36,157 nt of DNA from assembly GCA_007122745.1 (NCBI GenBank), contig SKTA01000071.1, forward strand, positions 1 through 36,157. Direction: 5' to 3'. Below the pieces are notes generated by a model, which was given only the letters and a program-made list of their open reading frames with translations, searched no databases and had not been told where the DNA came from. A program made the position numbers and the translations under genes. The DNA comes from Bacteroidales bacterium. GTDB lineage: Bacteria; Bacteroidota; Bacteroidia; Bacteroidales; UBA7960. Of the stretch, positions 23,378-32,466 are shown piece by piece (the first letter of the stretch is position 1; each line of letters opens with the position of its first letter).

Positions 23378-25831
23378 ATGCTTATTTCATATAATTGGCT
23401 GAAGAACTACGTGGATTTTAACCTTAGTCCGGAAACATTGTCTGTGTTGTTGACAGACAGCGGCTTGGAGGTAGAGAGTCTTGAAAAACATGAATCCATA
23501 ATGGGAGGCCTCAGGGGCGTTGTGACGGGCCAAGTTTTGACGTGTGAGGCACACCGGCGGGCAGACCGATTGACACTAACCCGCGTTGACACAGGAACAG
23601 GGGAACCCCTTCCTATTGTTTGTGGGGCCCCCAATGTGAAACCCGGCCAAAAAGTTCTTGTGGCCATCGAAGGCACAACATTGTATTTTAACAAAAAGGA
23701 ACTTACCATTAAAGCGGTAAAGATCCGCGGAGAAGAATCCCGCGGGATGATATGTGCGGAAGATGAGCTTGGGCTGGGTGACTCCCACGACGGCATCATG
23801 GTTCTTGCGAAAGACACACCCGTAGGCGTTCCGGCAGCAGAACTTTTTGATGTCTATGAAGACTGGATCTATGAGATTGGACTTACACCCAACCGGATTG
23901 ATGCCGCATCACACATCGGCGCTGCCCGCGATATCGTGGCAGTGATCAACCATCAGAAAAAAAAGAGGGAACAATCAATAAAATGGCCTGACATAACTGG
24001 ATTCAAACCCGATAATGAAAAGCTGACAATACCCGTTACCATAGAGAACCCCGAAGCTTGTCCAAGGTATTCGAGCCTGACAATCAGTGGCGTTACCGTT
24101 AAGGAGTCCCCGGAGTGGCTCAAACAGAAACTGAAAGCCGTTGGTCAGAAACCTATCAACAATGTTGTGGATGTTACCAATTTCGTTTTGCAGGAGGTTG
24201 GACAACCACTACATGCATTTGATCTGGCTGCCATTGAAGGAAATGAAGTTGTTGTCAGGAAGCCCGTGAAAAACACTGTTTTTGAAACCCTGGACGGGGA
24301 AAAGCTTTCGCTTACAGGCCATGACCTGATGATCTGTAATGCAACAGCGTCAATGTGCATGGGTGGGATCCTTGGTGGAATCAAATCGGGCGTAACAGAG
24401 AAAACAACAGATATATTTCTTGAAAGCGCATGCTTTGACCCGGTTACGATAAGAAAGTCGGCCAAGCACCATGGCATCAAAACGGAAGCATCGTTCCGTT
24501 TTGAGCGGGGCAGCGACCCAGAGATTACCCTTTATGCACTAAAAAGAGCTGCACTGCTGATCAGGGAGCTTGCGGGAGGTGAAATATCTTCTGAGGTCAG
24601 TGACATTTATCCGGGAAAGCAAAATCCTGTCGAACTCGACTTGCATGTTGAAGATGTAAACCGCCTCATTGGCAAACAGATACCCTTGGAAGAGATTCGG
24701 TCAATCCTCGAAGACCTCGATTTTAATATACTTTCCGATAATGGAAAGGTCCTGCATGTTTCCGTTCCTTCCTATAGGGTCGATGTTACAAGAACTGCCG
24801 ATGTAGTTGAGGAGATCTTGCGCATCTACGGGTATAACAATGTAGAAATACCCGAGAAGATGAGTGCATCCATCGTGATATCACCGAAACCTGACAAGGA
24901 ATTGTTGCTGAACATGGTGGCAGACCTTCTGACGGCAAGGGGATTTAACGAGATCATGAATAACTCCCTGACAAAAGAAGGCTATTACTCAAAACATGGC
25001 TTTTATCCGGAGCGGCTGGTACATATCGTGAACCCACTTAGTCAGGATCTGAACGTGATGCGGCAAACATTGCTTTTTGGTGGTCTGGAAAGCCTCGTTT
25101 ACAATCTGAACCGAAAAGTCCAAGACATGAAGCTTTATGAGTTTGGAAACACCTATTTCCGTGACCCGGACCGGCCTGATGCCACTTTGCCTCCATATAA
25201 CGAACAGTTATGCCTGGCCATGTTCATGGCAGGTCGATCGCATGCGGAAAGCTGGTATGTTGAAGATAAGGGTCATACCTTTTTTGACTTGAAAGATGCA
25301 GCAGTTGCCGTTTTGAATAAAATGGGCATTTCCGGTGAGATGATCCATATCCGGCAGGATGCTTCAGAATTTCCCTTTGCCTTTTCTTCTGTTCTTATTG
25401 TTGATGACCGTCAAATTGGCAAGATCGGAAAGCTCTATCCCAAAATATTGAAAGATTTTGATGTAAAACAGGATGTTTTTTATGGAGAGCTGGATTGGGA
25501 AGCTGTCATGGCCATTGGGTCGCGCAGAACCCTTGTTTTTGAAGAAGTTCCCAGGTTCCCTGCAGTAAGAAGAGATCTGGCCCTGTTGCTGAATGAAGAT
25601 GTTTCTTTCTCTGACATTGAAACAATTGCTAAACGGACTGAGCAAAAGATGTTAAAGGAGGTCAATCTTTTTGATGTTTACCAGGACGACAAATTGGGGA
25701 AGAACAAGAAGTCTTATGCGGTGAGCTTTCTGTTTCAGGCAGACAAAACCCTGACCGACAAAGAGGTTGACAAGGTGATGAACAAGCTGACAAAAGCTTT
25801 TGAACAGAAACTGTCTGCAGCCATTCGGTAA
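23378..25831 (+). CDS. pheT: Phenylalanine--tRNA ligase beta subunit
   Basis: 817 aa. The N-terminus MLISYNWLKNYVD, a tRNA-binding domain, B3/4 and B5 blocks, and the C-terminal FDVY...KSYA anticodon-binding-like end are characteristic. Confidence 0.95.
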   Translation: MLISYNWLKNYVDFNLSPETLSVLLTDSGLEVESLEKHESIMGGLRGVVTGQVLTCEAHRRADRLTLTRVDTGTGEPLPIVCGAPNVKPGQKVLVAIEGTTLYFNKKELTIKAVKIRGEESRGMICAEDELGLGDSHDGIMVLAKDTPVGVPAAELFDVYEDWIYEIGLTPNRIDAASHIGAARDIVAVINHQKKKREQSIKWPDITGFKPDNEKLTIPVTIENPEACPRYSSLTISGVTVKESPEWLKQKLKAVGQKPINNVVDVTNFVLQEVGQPLHAFDLAAIEGNEVVVRKPVKNTVFETLDGEKLSLTGHDLMICNATASMCMGGILGGIKSGVTEKTTDIFLESACFDPVTIRKSAKHHGIKTEASFRFERGSDPEITLYALKRAALLIRELAGGEISSEVSDIYPGKQNPVELDLHVEDVNRLIGKQIPLEEIRSILEDLDFNILSDNGKVLHVSVPSYRVDVTRTADVVEEILRIYGYNNVEIPEKMSASIVISPKPDKELLLNMVADLLTARGFNEIMNNSLTKEGYYSKHGFYPERLVHIVNPLSQDLNVMRQTLLFGGLESLVYNLNRKVQDMKLYEFGNTYFRDPDRPDATLPPYNEQLCLAMFMAGRSHAESWYVEDKGHTFFDLKDAAVAVLNKMGISGEMIHIRQDASEFPFAFSSVLIVDDRQIGKIGKLYPKILKDFDVKQDVFYGELDWEAVMAIGSRRTLVFEEVPRFPAVRRDLALLLNEDVSFSDIETIAKRTEQKMLKEVNLFDVYQDDKLGKNKKSYAVSFLFQADKTLTDKEVDKVMNKLTKAFEQKLSAAIR

Positions 25832-25866
25832 AAATGGTTTAAGAAATGCATTTTAGGGAAGCGAAT

Positions 25867-27093
25867 TTAGCCCGGTGCCTTATCCATTGACTTCCACATG
25901 TTTTTCAGGGGCAACAACGACGCAAGTAGTCCGATGCAGAAGACTGTAAAGGCTACGAGTATCAGGTCAAGGGCTTTAACCACCACAGGATAGGCATCAA
26001 TGATAAAGGATCCTTCTGCCTGGATGCCAATGATTCCGTATTTCATCTGCAACCACGAAACCAATCCGCCCAGAAGAATGCCTCCCAGCGCACCGCCCAT
26101 GCTGATCAGCACACCTTCCAGCAAAAAAATCCGTTCAATCAGCTTTCGTGATGCCCCCATGCTTCTCAGAACCGAAATGTCTTTCCGCTTCTCAAGCACC
26201 AGCATAGTCAGTGAACCGACAATGTTAAAAGCCGCTATCATCAGAATAAATGAAAGAATGAAAAAAATGGCCCATTTTTCTGAACGCATCACCTTGTAGA
26301 GAAACTCCTGCTGCTGCATGCGGTTTCTGACAACATAATCAGGACCGGCAAGCTCTGCAATGCGGCGATATACTGTTGATATCCGGTATCCCTCTTCTAC
26401 TTCAATAACGATGGAACTTGCTTCGTCATCATACTCCAGAAGGCGTCGCATCAATCGTAAGGGAAGCAATACAAACTCTGCATCCACTTCAGCCTGGACG
26501 GCAAAAATCCCGCAGGCATGGTTTGATGATGTCCGGAATGCCTGGGCAGGAGTCAATCCTGCTGTCCGCCCCCTTGCCGGAATAAAAATTTCAATGGGAT
26601 GCAGCAGGTCATGAATGCTCACATTTAGGATCGAAGCAACACCATTTCCAAGCACCAACAGGTTGCGGTCGTTTTTTTCAAGCTCATAAACCCCTTCTAC
26701 AATCAGCGTATCAACACCGGTGATTTTGTGATACAACGAATCTACACCCCTCAGTCTGACCAAATGTTGCCGTTCGCGATACCTGACCATTCCAGACTCA
26801 TCGAGAACGGCTCCTGCATAAAGAACCCCCTGAACTGAGTTAAGCTCGTCGAGAGGAAACTGTGAAAGTTGGAAAGTCTTTCCCCTCGCAGGGGTGATTT
26901 CAATATCCGCATGAAAAGCATTAAACTGTGTAATGATCAGCTTTTCAAGTCCGTTTGTAACCGACAAGATCACAACAAGCGCCATAGCACCAACACCAAT
27001 GCCAATCATCGACACCAGGGTGATGATGTTGATGGCGTTGTGCTTCTTTTTTGCAAGCAGGTACCGCCACGCTATGTATAACGGAAATCGCAA
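25867..27093 (-). CDS. FtsX-like ABC transporter permease, LolC/E family
   Basis: 408 aa starting MRFPLYIAWRYLLAKKKHNAINIITLVSMIGIGVGAMAL, with a large periplasmic loop and a C-terminal FtsX 3-TM bundle. It appears to start at TTG 27093, 4 nt after the upstream stop. Confidence 0.85.
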   Translation of the reverse strand: MRFPLYIAWRYLLAKKKHNAINIITLVSMIGIGVGAMALVVILSVTNGLEKLIITQFNAFHADIEITPARGKTFQLSQFPLDELNSVQGVLYAGAVLDESGMVRYRERQHLVRLRGVDSLYHKITGVDTLIVEGVYELEKNDRNLLVLGNGVASILNVSIHDLLHPIEIFIPARGRTAGLTPAQAFRTSSNHACGIFAVQAEVDAEFVLLPLRLMRRLLEYDDEASSIVIEVEEGYRISTVYRRIAELAGPDYVVRNRMQQQEFLYKVMRSEKWAIFFILSFILMIAAFNIVGSLTMLVLEKRKDISVLRSMGASRKLIERIFLLEGVLISMGGALGGILLGGLVSWLQMKYGIIGIQAEGSFIIDAYPVVVKALDLILVAFTVFCIGLLASLLPLKNMWKSMDKAPG

Positions 27094-27097
27094 ATTA

Positions 27098-27922
27098 TTA
27101 AGCTTTAAGGTTTTTTCGAGCCTGCACTAAAAGGCCGGTTCCTTTATTATGTGTTTTTTTTACGTCCCAAAGATTCAGTAGCAGCGCGAAAGGCATCACA
27201 GCCAGATAATAAAACGGCAATAAAAACAAAAATGCCCTGGACTTCCCGAGCATTAACACCGGATACTTCATAGAAATTCGCCATGCAAGGCTTCCCGGCT
27301 TACCATAAGTGTATTTGATGGTTACTTCATTGAAGCCGGCATCAAACAGCTTGGACCGGATATCCTCAGCTGAATACCCATCGCGCACATGCTCCTCAAT
27401 AAACGACCTGTCTCCCTCTTCCATGACATCACTTCCACCCAGATCTGACGGGGTGCTGATTAGTAACATGCCATCACCTTTCATCGATTCGTAAAAATTT
27501 TTAAAAACCTGCCGGTCTTCCTCTATATGCTCCATTACATCAACAGAGAGGATCAGGTCAAACCTGTTGGGATGAACATAATCCACAAGATTTGCGGTCA
27601 TGAAACTAACATTGTTGATCTTTTGTTGCTTGAAAAAAGCATTACAAGACGCTACTTCATCCTTTTTGATGTCAACAGCAGTTATTTGCCACGAGGGGCA
27701 CTTTCTGGCCATTCGCCAGGAATATTGGCCCAGTCCGCTTCCTGCATCAAGAACATGCAACTTCTGATCCCCTTTCCTTGAAAAGCGGTATTTTTTTAAT
27801 GCTTTTCCTACATACCAGCTTCTTAAAAGCAATACATCCAAAAGAAAATAAAACAATTTCCTGGTAAAAGCATGGCGGTCGAACAGCTTGCTTAAAAACT
27901 GTTTTATGGGGTCGTAATGCAT
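27098..27922 (-). CDS. Class I SAM-dependent methyltransferase with flanking hydrophobic (membrane) segments
   Basis: 274 aa with SAM motif I VLDAGSGLGQYS and the post-I/II block LILSVDVMEHI. Hydrophobic stretches are LFYFLLDVLLL (N-terminal) and AFLFLLPFYYLAVMPFALLLNLW (C-terminal). Confidence 0.8.
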   Translation of the reverse strand: MHYDPIKQFLSKLFDRHAFTRKLFYFLLDVLLLRSWYVGKALKKYRFSRKGDQKLHVLDAGSGLGQYSWRMARKCPSWQITAVDIKKDEVASCNAFFKQQKINNVSFMTANLVDYVHPNRFDLILSVDVMEHIEEDRQVFKNFYESMKGDGMLLISTPSDLGGSDVMEEGDRSFIEEHVRDGYSAEDIRSKLFDAGFNEVTIKYTYGKPGSLAWRISMKYPVLMLGKSRAFLFLLPFYYLAVMPFALLLNLWDVKKTHNKGTGLLVQARKNLKA

Positions 27923-27931
27923 GCCGTGAGG

Positions 27932-28267
27932 TTACTTTTTAAGTAAATTCTCTATGTTTTCGATGTAGTCGAGGCTGTCGTCAACAAAAAACCGGAGTTC
28001 AGGAACATGACGCAGCTGGTTCTTTACCCGCATCCCTAATTGACGGCGGATCTCGTTGCGTTTCATGTCAATCAGTTTGATCACCTCTGGTGCATCCTTG
28101 CCAAAAATGCTAAGGTATACCCGTGCAATGGATAAGTCTGCAGTCACATAAACCTTTGTGACTGTTAACATGGCCCCGGGAAACCAGTCTCTGCCGGTGA
28201 TCTGCAATATTTCCCCCAGGTCTTTCTGTATCAGGCGGGAGATGCGTAATTGTCTGTTTGTTTCCAT
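27932..28267 (-). CDS. rbfA: Ribosome-binding factor A
   Basis: 111 aa. RQLRISRLIQKDLGEIL...VTKVYVTADLSIARVYLS...LRHVPELRFFVD is the typical RbfA KH-like pattern. Confidence 0.9.
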   Translation of the reverse strand: METNRQLRISRLIQKDLGEILQITGRDWFPGAMLTVTKVYVTADLSIARVYLSIFGKDAPEVIKLIDMKRNEIRRQLGMRVKNQLRHVPELRFFVDDSLDYIENIENLLKK

Positions 28268-28390
28268 GGAGGCAAAGATACGATTTTTGATGTGGATGTC
28301 GAATTGTATTATGCCCTGTTGTTTTAAAGATTATTTGGAAATATTATTGGATTATGTTATATTTATGGCATCTAAAAACAATTTTTTTCT

Positions 28391-28423
28391 AACCAAAACC
28401 ATTTTCCTTCAACCAAAACCATT
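28391..28423 (+). repeat. Exact 13-bp direct repeat AACCAAAACCATT x2 (20-bp period) immediately upstream of the class I fumarase start codon
   Basis: The copies lie at 28391-28403 and 28411-28423. The second ends 5 nt before the ATG at 28429. Confidence 0.85.
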
Positions 28424-28428
28424 CATGT

Positions 28429-30048
28429 ATGAAAACTCCGGCATTTTTTTACCAGGATCCTTTTCCAACGGGTGCTGACGAAACCAACTACTATCTGCTG
28501 ACCAAAGATCATGTCTCTACTGAGCAAGTCCTTGGCAAAACCATGCTAAAGGTCGACAAGGAGGGGCTTGAAAAACTTGCCCAGACTGCATTGCGTGACG
28601 CATCTTTTATGCTGCGCACAGAACATATCAAGCAGGTCGCTGCGATTCTGGATGACCCCAAAGCCAGCGAAAATGATAAATATGTGGCATTAACGATGTT
28701 GCGTAATGCTGAAATATCTGCAAAAGGCGTGCTTCCGTTTTGTCAGGATACCGGTACGGCAACCATTATCGGAAAAAAGGGACAGCAGGTATGGACTGGG
28801 GGTGGCGATTCTGAGGCACTTTCAAAAGGGGTTTACAATTTGTTTACTGAAGAAAACCTGCGTTATTCGCAAACCATCCCATTGGATATGTACAAAGAGA
28901 AAAACTCCGGAACAAACCTGCCTGCACAAATTGATCTTTATGCGACGGATGGTTCTGAATACCAGTTCTTGTTTGTTGCAAAAGGGGGTGGGTCCGCAAA
29001 CAAAACCGCTCTCTACCAACAAACCAAAGCATTGCTGAACCCTGAAAAACTGGAGGCCTTTCTTGTCGACAAGTTGAAGTCGCTTGGAACAGCCGCCTGT
29101 CCGCCATACCATGTCGCCTTTGTTGTCGGAGGTACTTCTGCTGAAGCAACACTGAAAACCGTTAAGCTGGCTTCTGCGAAGTACCTGGACAATCTGCCGG
29201 ATTTGGGGAATGAGCATGGCCAGGCATTCCGCGACAGGGAGATGGAGCAAAAAGTCCTGAAAGCTGCCTATAACCTGGGTATTGGTGCTCAGTTTGGAGG
29301 TAAATATTTTGCTTTGGATATCAGGGTAATCCGGTTGCCACGCCATGGAGCTTCCTGTCCGGTAGGAATGGGTGTTTCCTGTGCGGCAGACAGAAACATC
29401 AGGGCAAAAATCAACAAGGATGGTCTTTGGGTTGAAAAACTTGAAGACAACCCGGGACGTTTCATTCCAGAAGAACTTCGCACGGTGGATGATGCAGCAG
29501 GTGCTGTTGAAATCAACCTGGATCAGTCGATGGAGGCAATTCTTGCTGAACTTACAAAGCATCCTGTAGGCACCCGCCTTTCATTGAATGGCACCATCGT
29601 TGTCGGCCGCGATATTGCCCACGCAAAACTGAAAGAACGGCTTGATGAAGGTGAGGGTCTCCCCGAATACATCATAAACCATCCCATCTATTATGCCGGA
29701 CCGGCAAAAACACCGGAAGGAATGCCTTCTGGTTCTTTTGGACCGACCACTGCCGGACGCATGGACTCTTATGTTGATCTATTTCAGCAGCACGGCGGCA
29801 GCAAGGTGATGATTGCAAAAGGAAACCGCAGTCAGGCTGTTACGGATGCCTGCAAAAAATATGGTGGCTTTTACCTTGGCAGCATTGGCGGTCCGGCTGC
29901 CATCCTTGCACAGGAGAACATCAGAAACGTTGAATTACTTGAGTATCCGGAATTTGGGATGGAGGCCATTTACAGGATCCATGTTGAAAAGTTTCCAGCC
30001 TTCATTCTGGTGGATGATAAGGGCAATGACTTCTACAGCATAATCTGA
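28429..30048 (+). CDS. Class I (Fe-S dependent) fumarate hydratase, single-polypeptide FumA/FumB type
   Basis: 539 aa. [15 protein letters not shown] and the C-terminal beta-type domain ([14 protein letters not shown]...YYAGPA...GPTTAGRMD) are characteristic. Confidence 0.92.
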   Translation: MKTPAFFYQDPFPTGADETNYYLLTKDHVSTEQVLGKTMLKVDKEGLEKLAQTALRDASFMLRTEHIKQVAAILDDPKASENDKYVALTMLRNAEISAKGVLPFCQDTGTATIIGKKGQQVWTGGGDSEALSKGVYNLFTEENLRYSQTIPLDMYKEKNSGTNLPAQIDLYATDGSEYQFLFVAKGGGSANKTALYQQTKALLNPEKLEAFLVDKLKSLGTAACPPYHVAFVVGGTSAEATLKTVKLASAKYLDNLPDLGNEHGQAFRDREMEQKVLKAAYNLGIGAQFGGKYFALDIRVIRLPRHGASCPVGMGVSCAADRNIRAKINKDGLWVEKLEDNPGRFIPEELRTVDDAAGAVEINLDQSMEAILAELTKHPVGTRLSLNGTIVVGRDIAHAKLKERLDEGEGLPEYIINHPIYYAGPAKTPEGMPSGSFGPTTAGRMDSYVDLFQQHGGSKVMIAKGNRSQAVTDACKKYGGFYLGSIGGPAAILAQENIRNVELLEYPEFGMEAIYRIHVEKFPAFILVDDKGNDFYSII

Positions 30049-30081
30049 TACCACTGAACATCTTGAGTGAAATGCTTGTTT

Positions 30082-30105
30082 ACCCCGGTAGTTTGCCGGG
30101 GTTTT
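30082..30105 (+). terminator. Rho-independent terminator between the two fumarase genes
   Basis: ACCCCGG (30082-30088) pairs with CCGGGGT (30096-30102) around a 7-nt loop and is followed by TTTT. Confidence 0.65.
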
Positions 30106-30168
30106 CATTTATTTGCGGCATCCATCATCAGAATATCCTGAAAAACATTGATAACCAAATTCAAAACC

Positions 30169-31548
30169 ATGTACAGAAGAGAACACGACAGCCTTGGGCC
30201 GGTTCAGGTTCCGGCTGATAAATACTGGGGTGCTCAGACCCAGCGGTCGCTGGAGAATTTTCGCATTGGCAGGGAAAAAATGCCCACAGAGATAATTCGC
30301 GCATTTGCACTTTTAAAAAAGGCTGCTGCCATTGTCAATAATAGGATGGGGATACTGGATATCCGTCTGTTAAACCCCGTTATTCAGGCTTGTGATGAAA
30401 TTCTTGAAGGCAAAATGGACGATCATTTTCCCCTGGTTGTATGGCAAACAGGCAGCGGCACCCAAAGCAACATGAATCTGAATGAGGTGATCGCCAACCG
30501 GGCACACGAACTGATGGGTGGCAGCCTCGCTGACAATAAAAAGGAAGTACATCCCAACGACCATGTCAACAAATCCCAATCGTCAAATGACACTTTCCCC
30601 ACGGCAATGCACATTGCAGCGTACACCCTGATTGAGGAACAAACGTTGCCTGCTCTGATAGAGATGAAACAAGCCTTACAGGAACGTTCGAATACATTTC
30701 AGGACGTGGTGAAAATTGGCCGCACACATTTGATGGATGCCACGCCGCTTACCCTGGGACAAGAGTTCTCTGCATTTGCTGCACAATTGGAGTATGGGAT
30801 AAAGGACCTGCAGCATAGTCTGGATCATTTGCGGGAACTTGCTCTTGGTGGCACAGCTGTTGGAACCGGGATCAATGCACCCAAGGGCTTTGATAAAGCT
30901 GTTGCGAATGTGATCGCGGATTTGACACAAAAACCTTTCATAACTGCGCCCAATAAATTTGAAGCGCTCTCGGCACATGATGCAGTTGTTGCAAGCAGTG
31001 GTGCTTTAAAAACAATTGCTGTATCCCTGATGAAAATAGCCAACGATATTCGTTTGCTGGCATCTGGTCCGCGTTGCGGCATCGGGGAGATCACACTTCC
31101 TGCCAATGAACCCGGTAGTTCAATTATGCCAGGAAAGGTCAACCCTACTCAGGCTGAAGCATTGACGATGGTCGCTGCCCAGGTGATCGGCAATGATCTG
31201 GCCATAACCACAGGCGGGATGAACGGGCACTTTCAGCTAAATGTGTTCAAGCCCATGATGATTTATAACCTTTTGCAATCGGCGCAATTGATTGCGGATG
31301 CCTGTAACAGCTTTACTGATAAATGTGTTGTGGGTATAAAAGCCAACAGGGAACAGATCAGTAAGCATCTGCAAAACTCGCTGATGCTGGTAACAGCGCT
31401 AAATACGCACATAGGCTACGACAAGGCAGCAAAAATTGCAAAGAAAGCTTATGAAGAAAACATCAGTTTAAGGGAGGCGGCACTTGGTCTTGGACTTGTG
31501 TCAGGAGAGGACTTCGAGCGTTGGGTCAATCCGACGGACATGTTATAA
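30169..31548 (+). CDS. fumC: Class II fumarate hydratase
   Basis: The [13 protein letters not shown] signature is present. The N-terminus [31 protein letters not shown] aligns with the FumC N-terminus as I remember it. I therefore use the ATG at 30169 rather than the track's TTG at 30148. Confidence 0.95.
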   Translation: MYRREHDSLGPVQVPADKYWGAQTQRSLENFRIGREKMPTEIIRAFALLKKAAAIVNNRMGILDIRLLNPVIQACDEILEGKMDDHFPLVVWQTGSGTQSNMNLNEVIANRAHELMGGSLADNKKEVHPNDHVNKSQSSNDTFPTAMHIAAYTLIEEQTLPALIEMKQALQERSNTFQDVVKIGRTHLMDATPLTLGQEFSAFAAQLEYGIKDLQHSLDHLRELALGGTAVGTGINAPKGFDKAVANVIADLTQKPFITAPNKFEALSAHDAVVASSGALKTIAVSLMKIANDIRLLASGPRCGIGEITLPANEPGSSIMPGKVNPTQAEALTMVAAQVIGNDLAITTGGMNGHFQLNVFKPMMIYNLLQSAQLIADACNSFTDKCVVGIKANREQISKHLQNSLMLVTALNTHIGYDKAAKIAKKAYEENISLREAALGLGLVSGEDFERWVNPTDML

Positions 31549-31550
31549 AA

Positions 31551-31574
31551 AAAGGGGCAAACGCCCCCTTTTTT
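31551..31574. terminator. Short bidirectional hairpin terminator between convergent fumC and gldN
   Basis: An A-tract precedes GGGGC (31554-31558), loop AAAC, GCCCC (31563-31567), and a T6 tract follows. T-runs therefore follow the stem on both strands. The stem is only 5 bp. Confidence 0.45.
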
Positions 31575-31589
31575 ATTTCGTTCTCTGGA

Positions 31590-32453
31590 TCAATAGTGCC
31601 AGAGATCAATTTCCATGTTCCTGATCCTTTCCTTGATCCTTTCTGCTTCAAGCAGCCGTTCTACAGGATCTTCAATATATTCGCTGATAACCCTGTTGTC
31701 GGGTCTGTCTTCCCTGTAGATTGTAGCATTGAAGAAACGACGAATAAATATATCGTCAAATGACATTAGCTGGCTGCTGTTATGCACATTATAAACAGGC
31801 GCTATGGCTAATATCGGTCTGGCTTCCTCAAAGGGGATCCAAAAGAGTGGCTCCTGTACGTTTGTCAATTGACCGGTTACCTCATCTCTGTCAAGCATGG
31901 CAGGTGATAAACCTATAATTCGCACATCCAGCTTGCCTCTTCTTTTATCTATAAACCATTCCTCTTTAATTCTGATAATATAGACATCTGTGGTTGAGAA
32001 GGGTACCATTTCAGTAATTTCCACACCTTCAACAACATAAGTGAAGGGTCTTGCCAGGTCTTCAAACAACCTTTCAGGATCCAGTGGTTCTTCCTGAAAG
32101 CTTTCGTCATCAATGCCATATGCCCTGATCTCACCGGCAAGGATCGCCTCCTTCAAAATCTGCATCAGGCTTTTGTAGTCACCGGAGGGGGTTTCCGGAA
32201 AATAAAGAACCTGGTTCATCCTTTCGCGAAGGTCAATCCGCTGCCATACCCTGAGTGACCAAATGACGTCTGCCTCCCTTACATAAGGGAGTTCTATCGG
32301 CCCCCTTTCATGAATCGCCCTTCTTTCATAAAAACCGTCTCTTGGAGGTGGCGGAGCTTCTTCCGGGACAACCTGGCCATGAGCCTGCGGGATCATTAGC
32401 ATACTTATAATGGGCAATAATATCAAAAACTTTATCATATGGATATCCTCCAT
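31590..32453 (-). CDS. gldN: Gliding motility / T9SS protein GldN
   Basis: 287 aa with a signal peptide (IKFLILLPIISMLMIPQAHGQ). It is the last gene of the conserved gldKLMN order. An alternative ATG lies at 32438. Confidence 0.88.
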   Translation of the reverse strand: MEDIHMIKFLILLPIISMLMIPQAHGQVVPEEAPPPPRDGFYERRAIHERGPIELPYVREADVIWSLRVWQRIDLRERMNQVLYFPETPSGDYKSLMQILKEAILAGEIRAYGIDDESFQEEPLDPERLFEDLARPFTYVVEGVEITEMVPFSTTDVYIIRIKEEWFIDKRRGKLDVRIIGLSPAMLDRDEVTGQLTNVQEPLFWIPFEEARPILAIAPVYNVHNSSQLMSFDDIFIRRFFNATIYREDRPDNRVISEYIEDPVERLLEAERIKERIRNMEIDLWHY

Positions 32454-32466
32454 GGATTAAAAATGA

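Noticed and set aside
25844-25853. 10-bp perfect palindrome AAATGCATTT between convergent pheT and the permease gene
   Set aside because: It is too short and has no loop, so it cannot act as a terminator hairpin. It is AT-rich and easily arises by chance.
28822-29562. Unusually long (246-aa) antisense ORF inside the class I fumarase gene
   Set aside because: The sense frame is unambiguously a fumarase. The antisense translation is Cys/Phe/Arg-rich without motifs. Long antisense ORFs do occur by chance opposite conserved genes.
30148-30168. TTG-initiated 7-codon extension of fumC from the ORF track
   Set aside because: The FumC N-terminus as I remember it aligns from the ATG at 30169 ([28 protein letters not shown]). 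The extension adds non-conserved residues.
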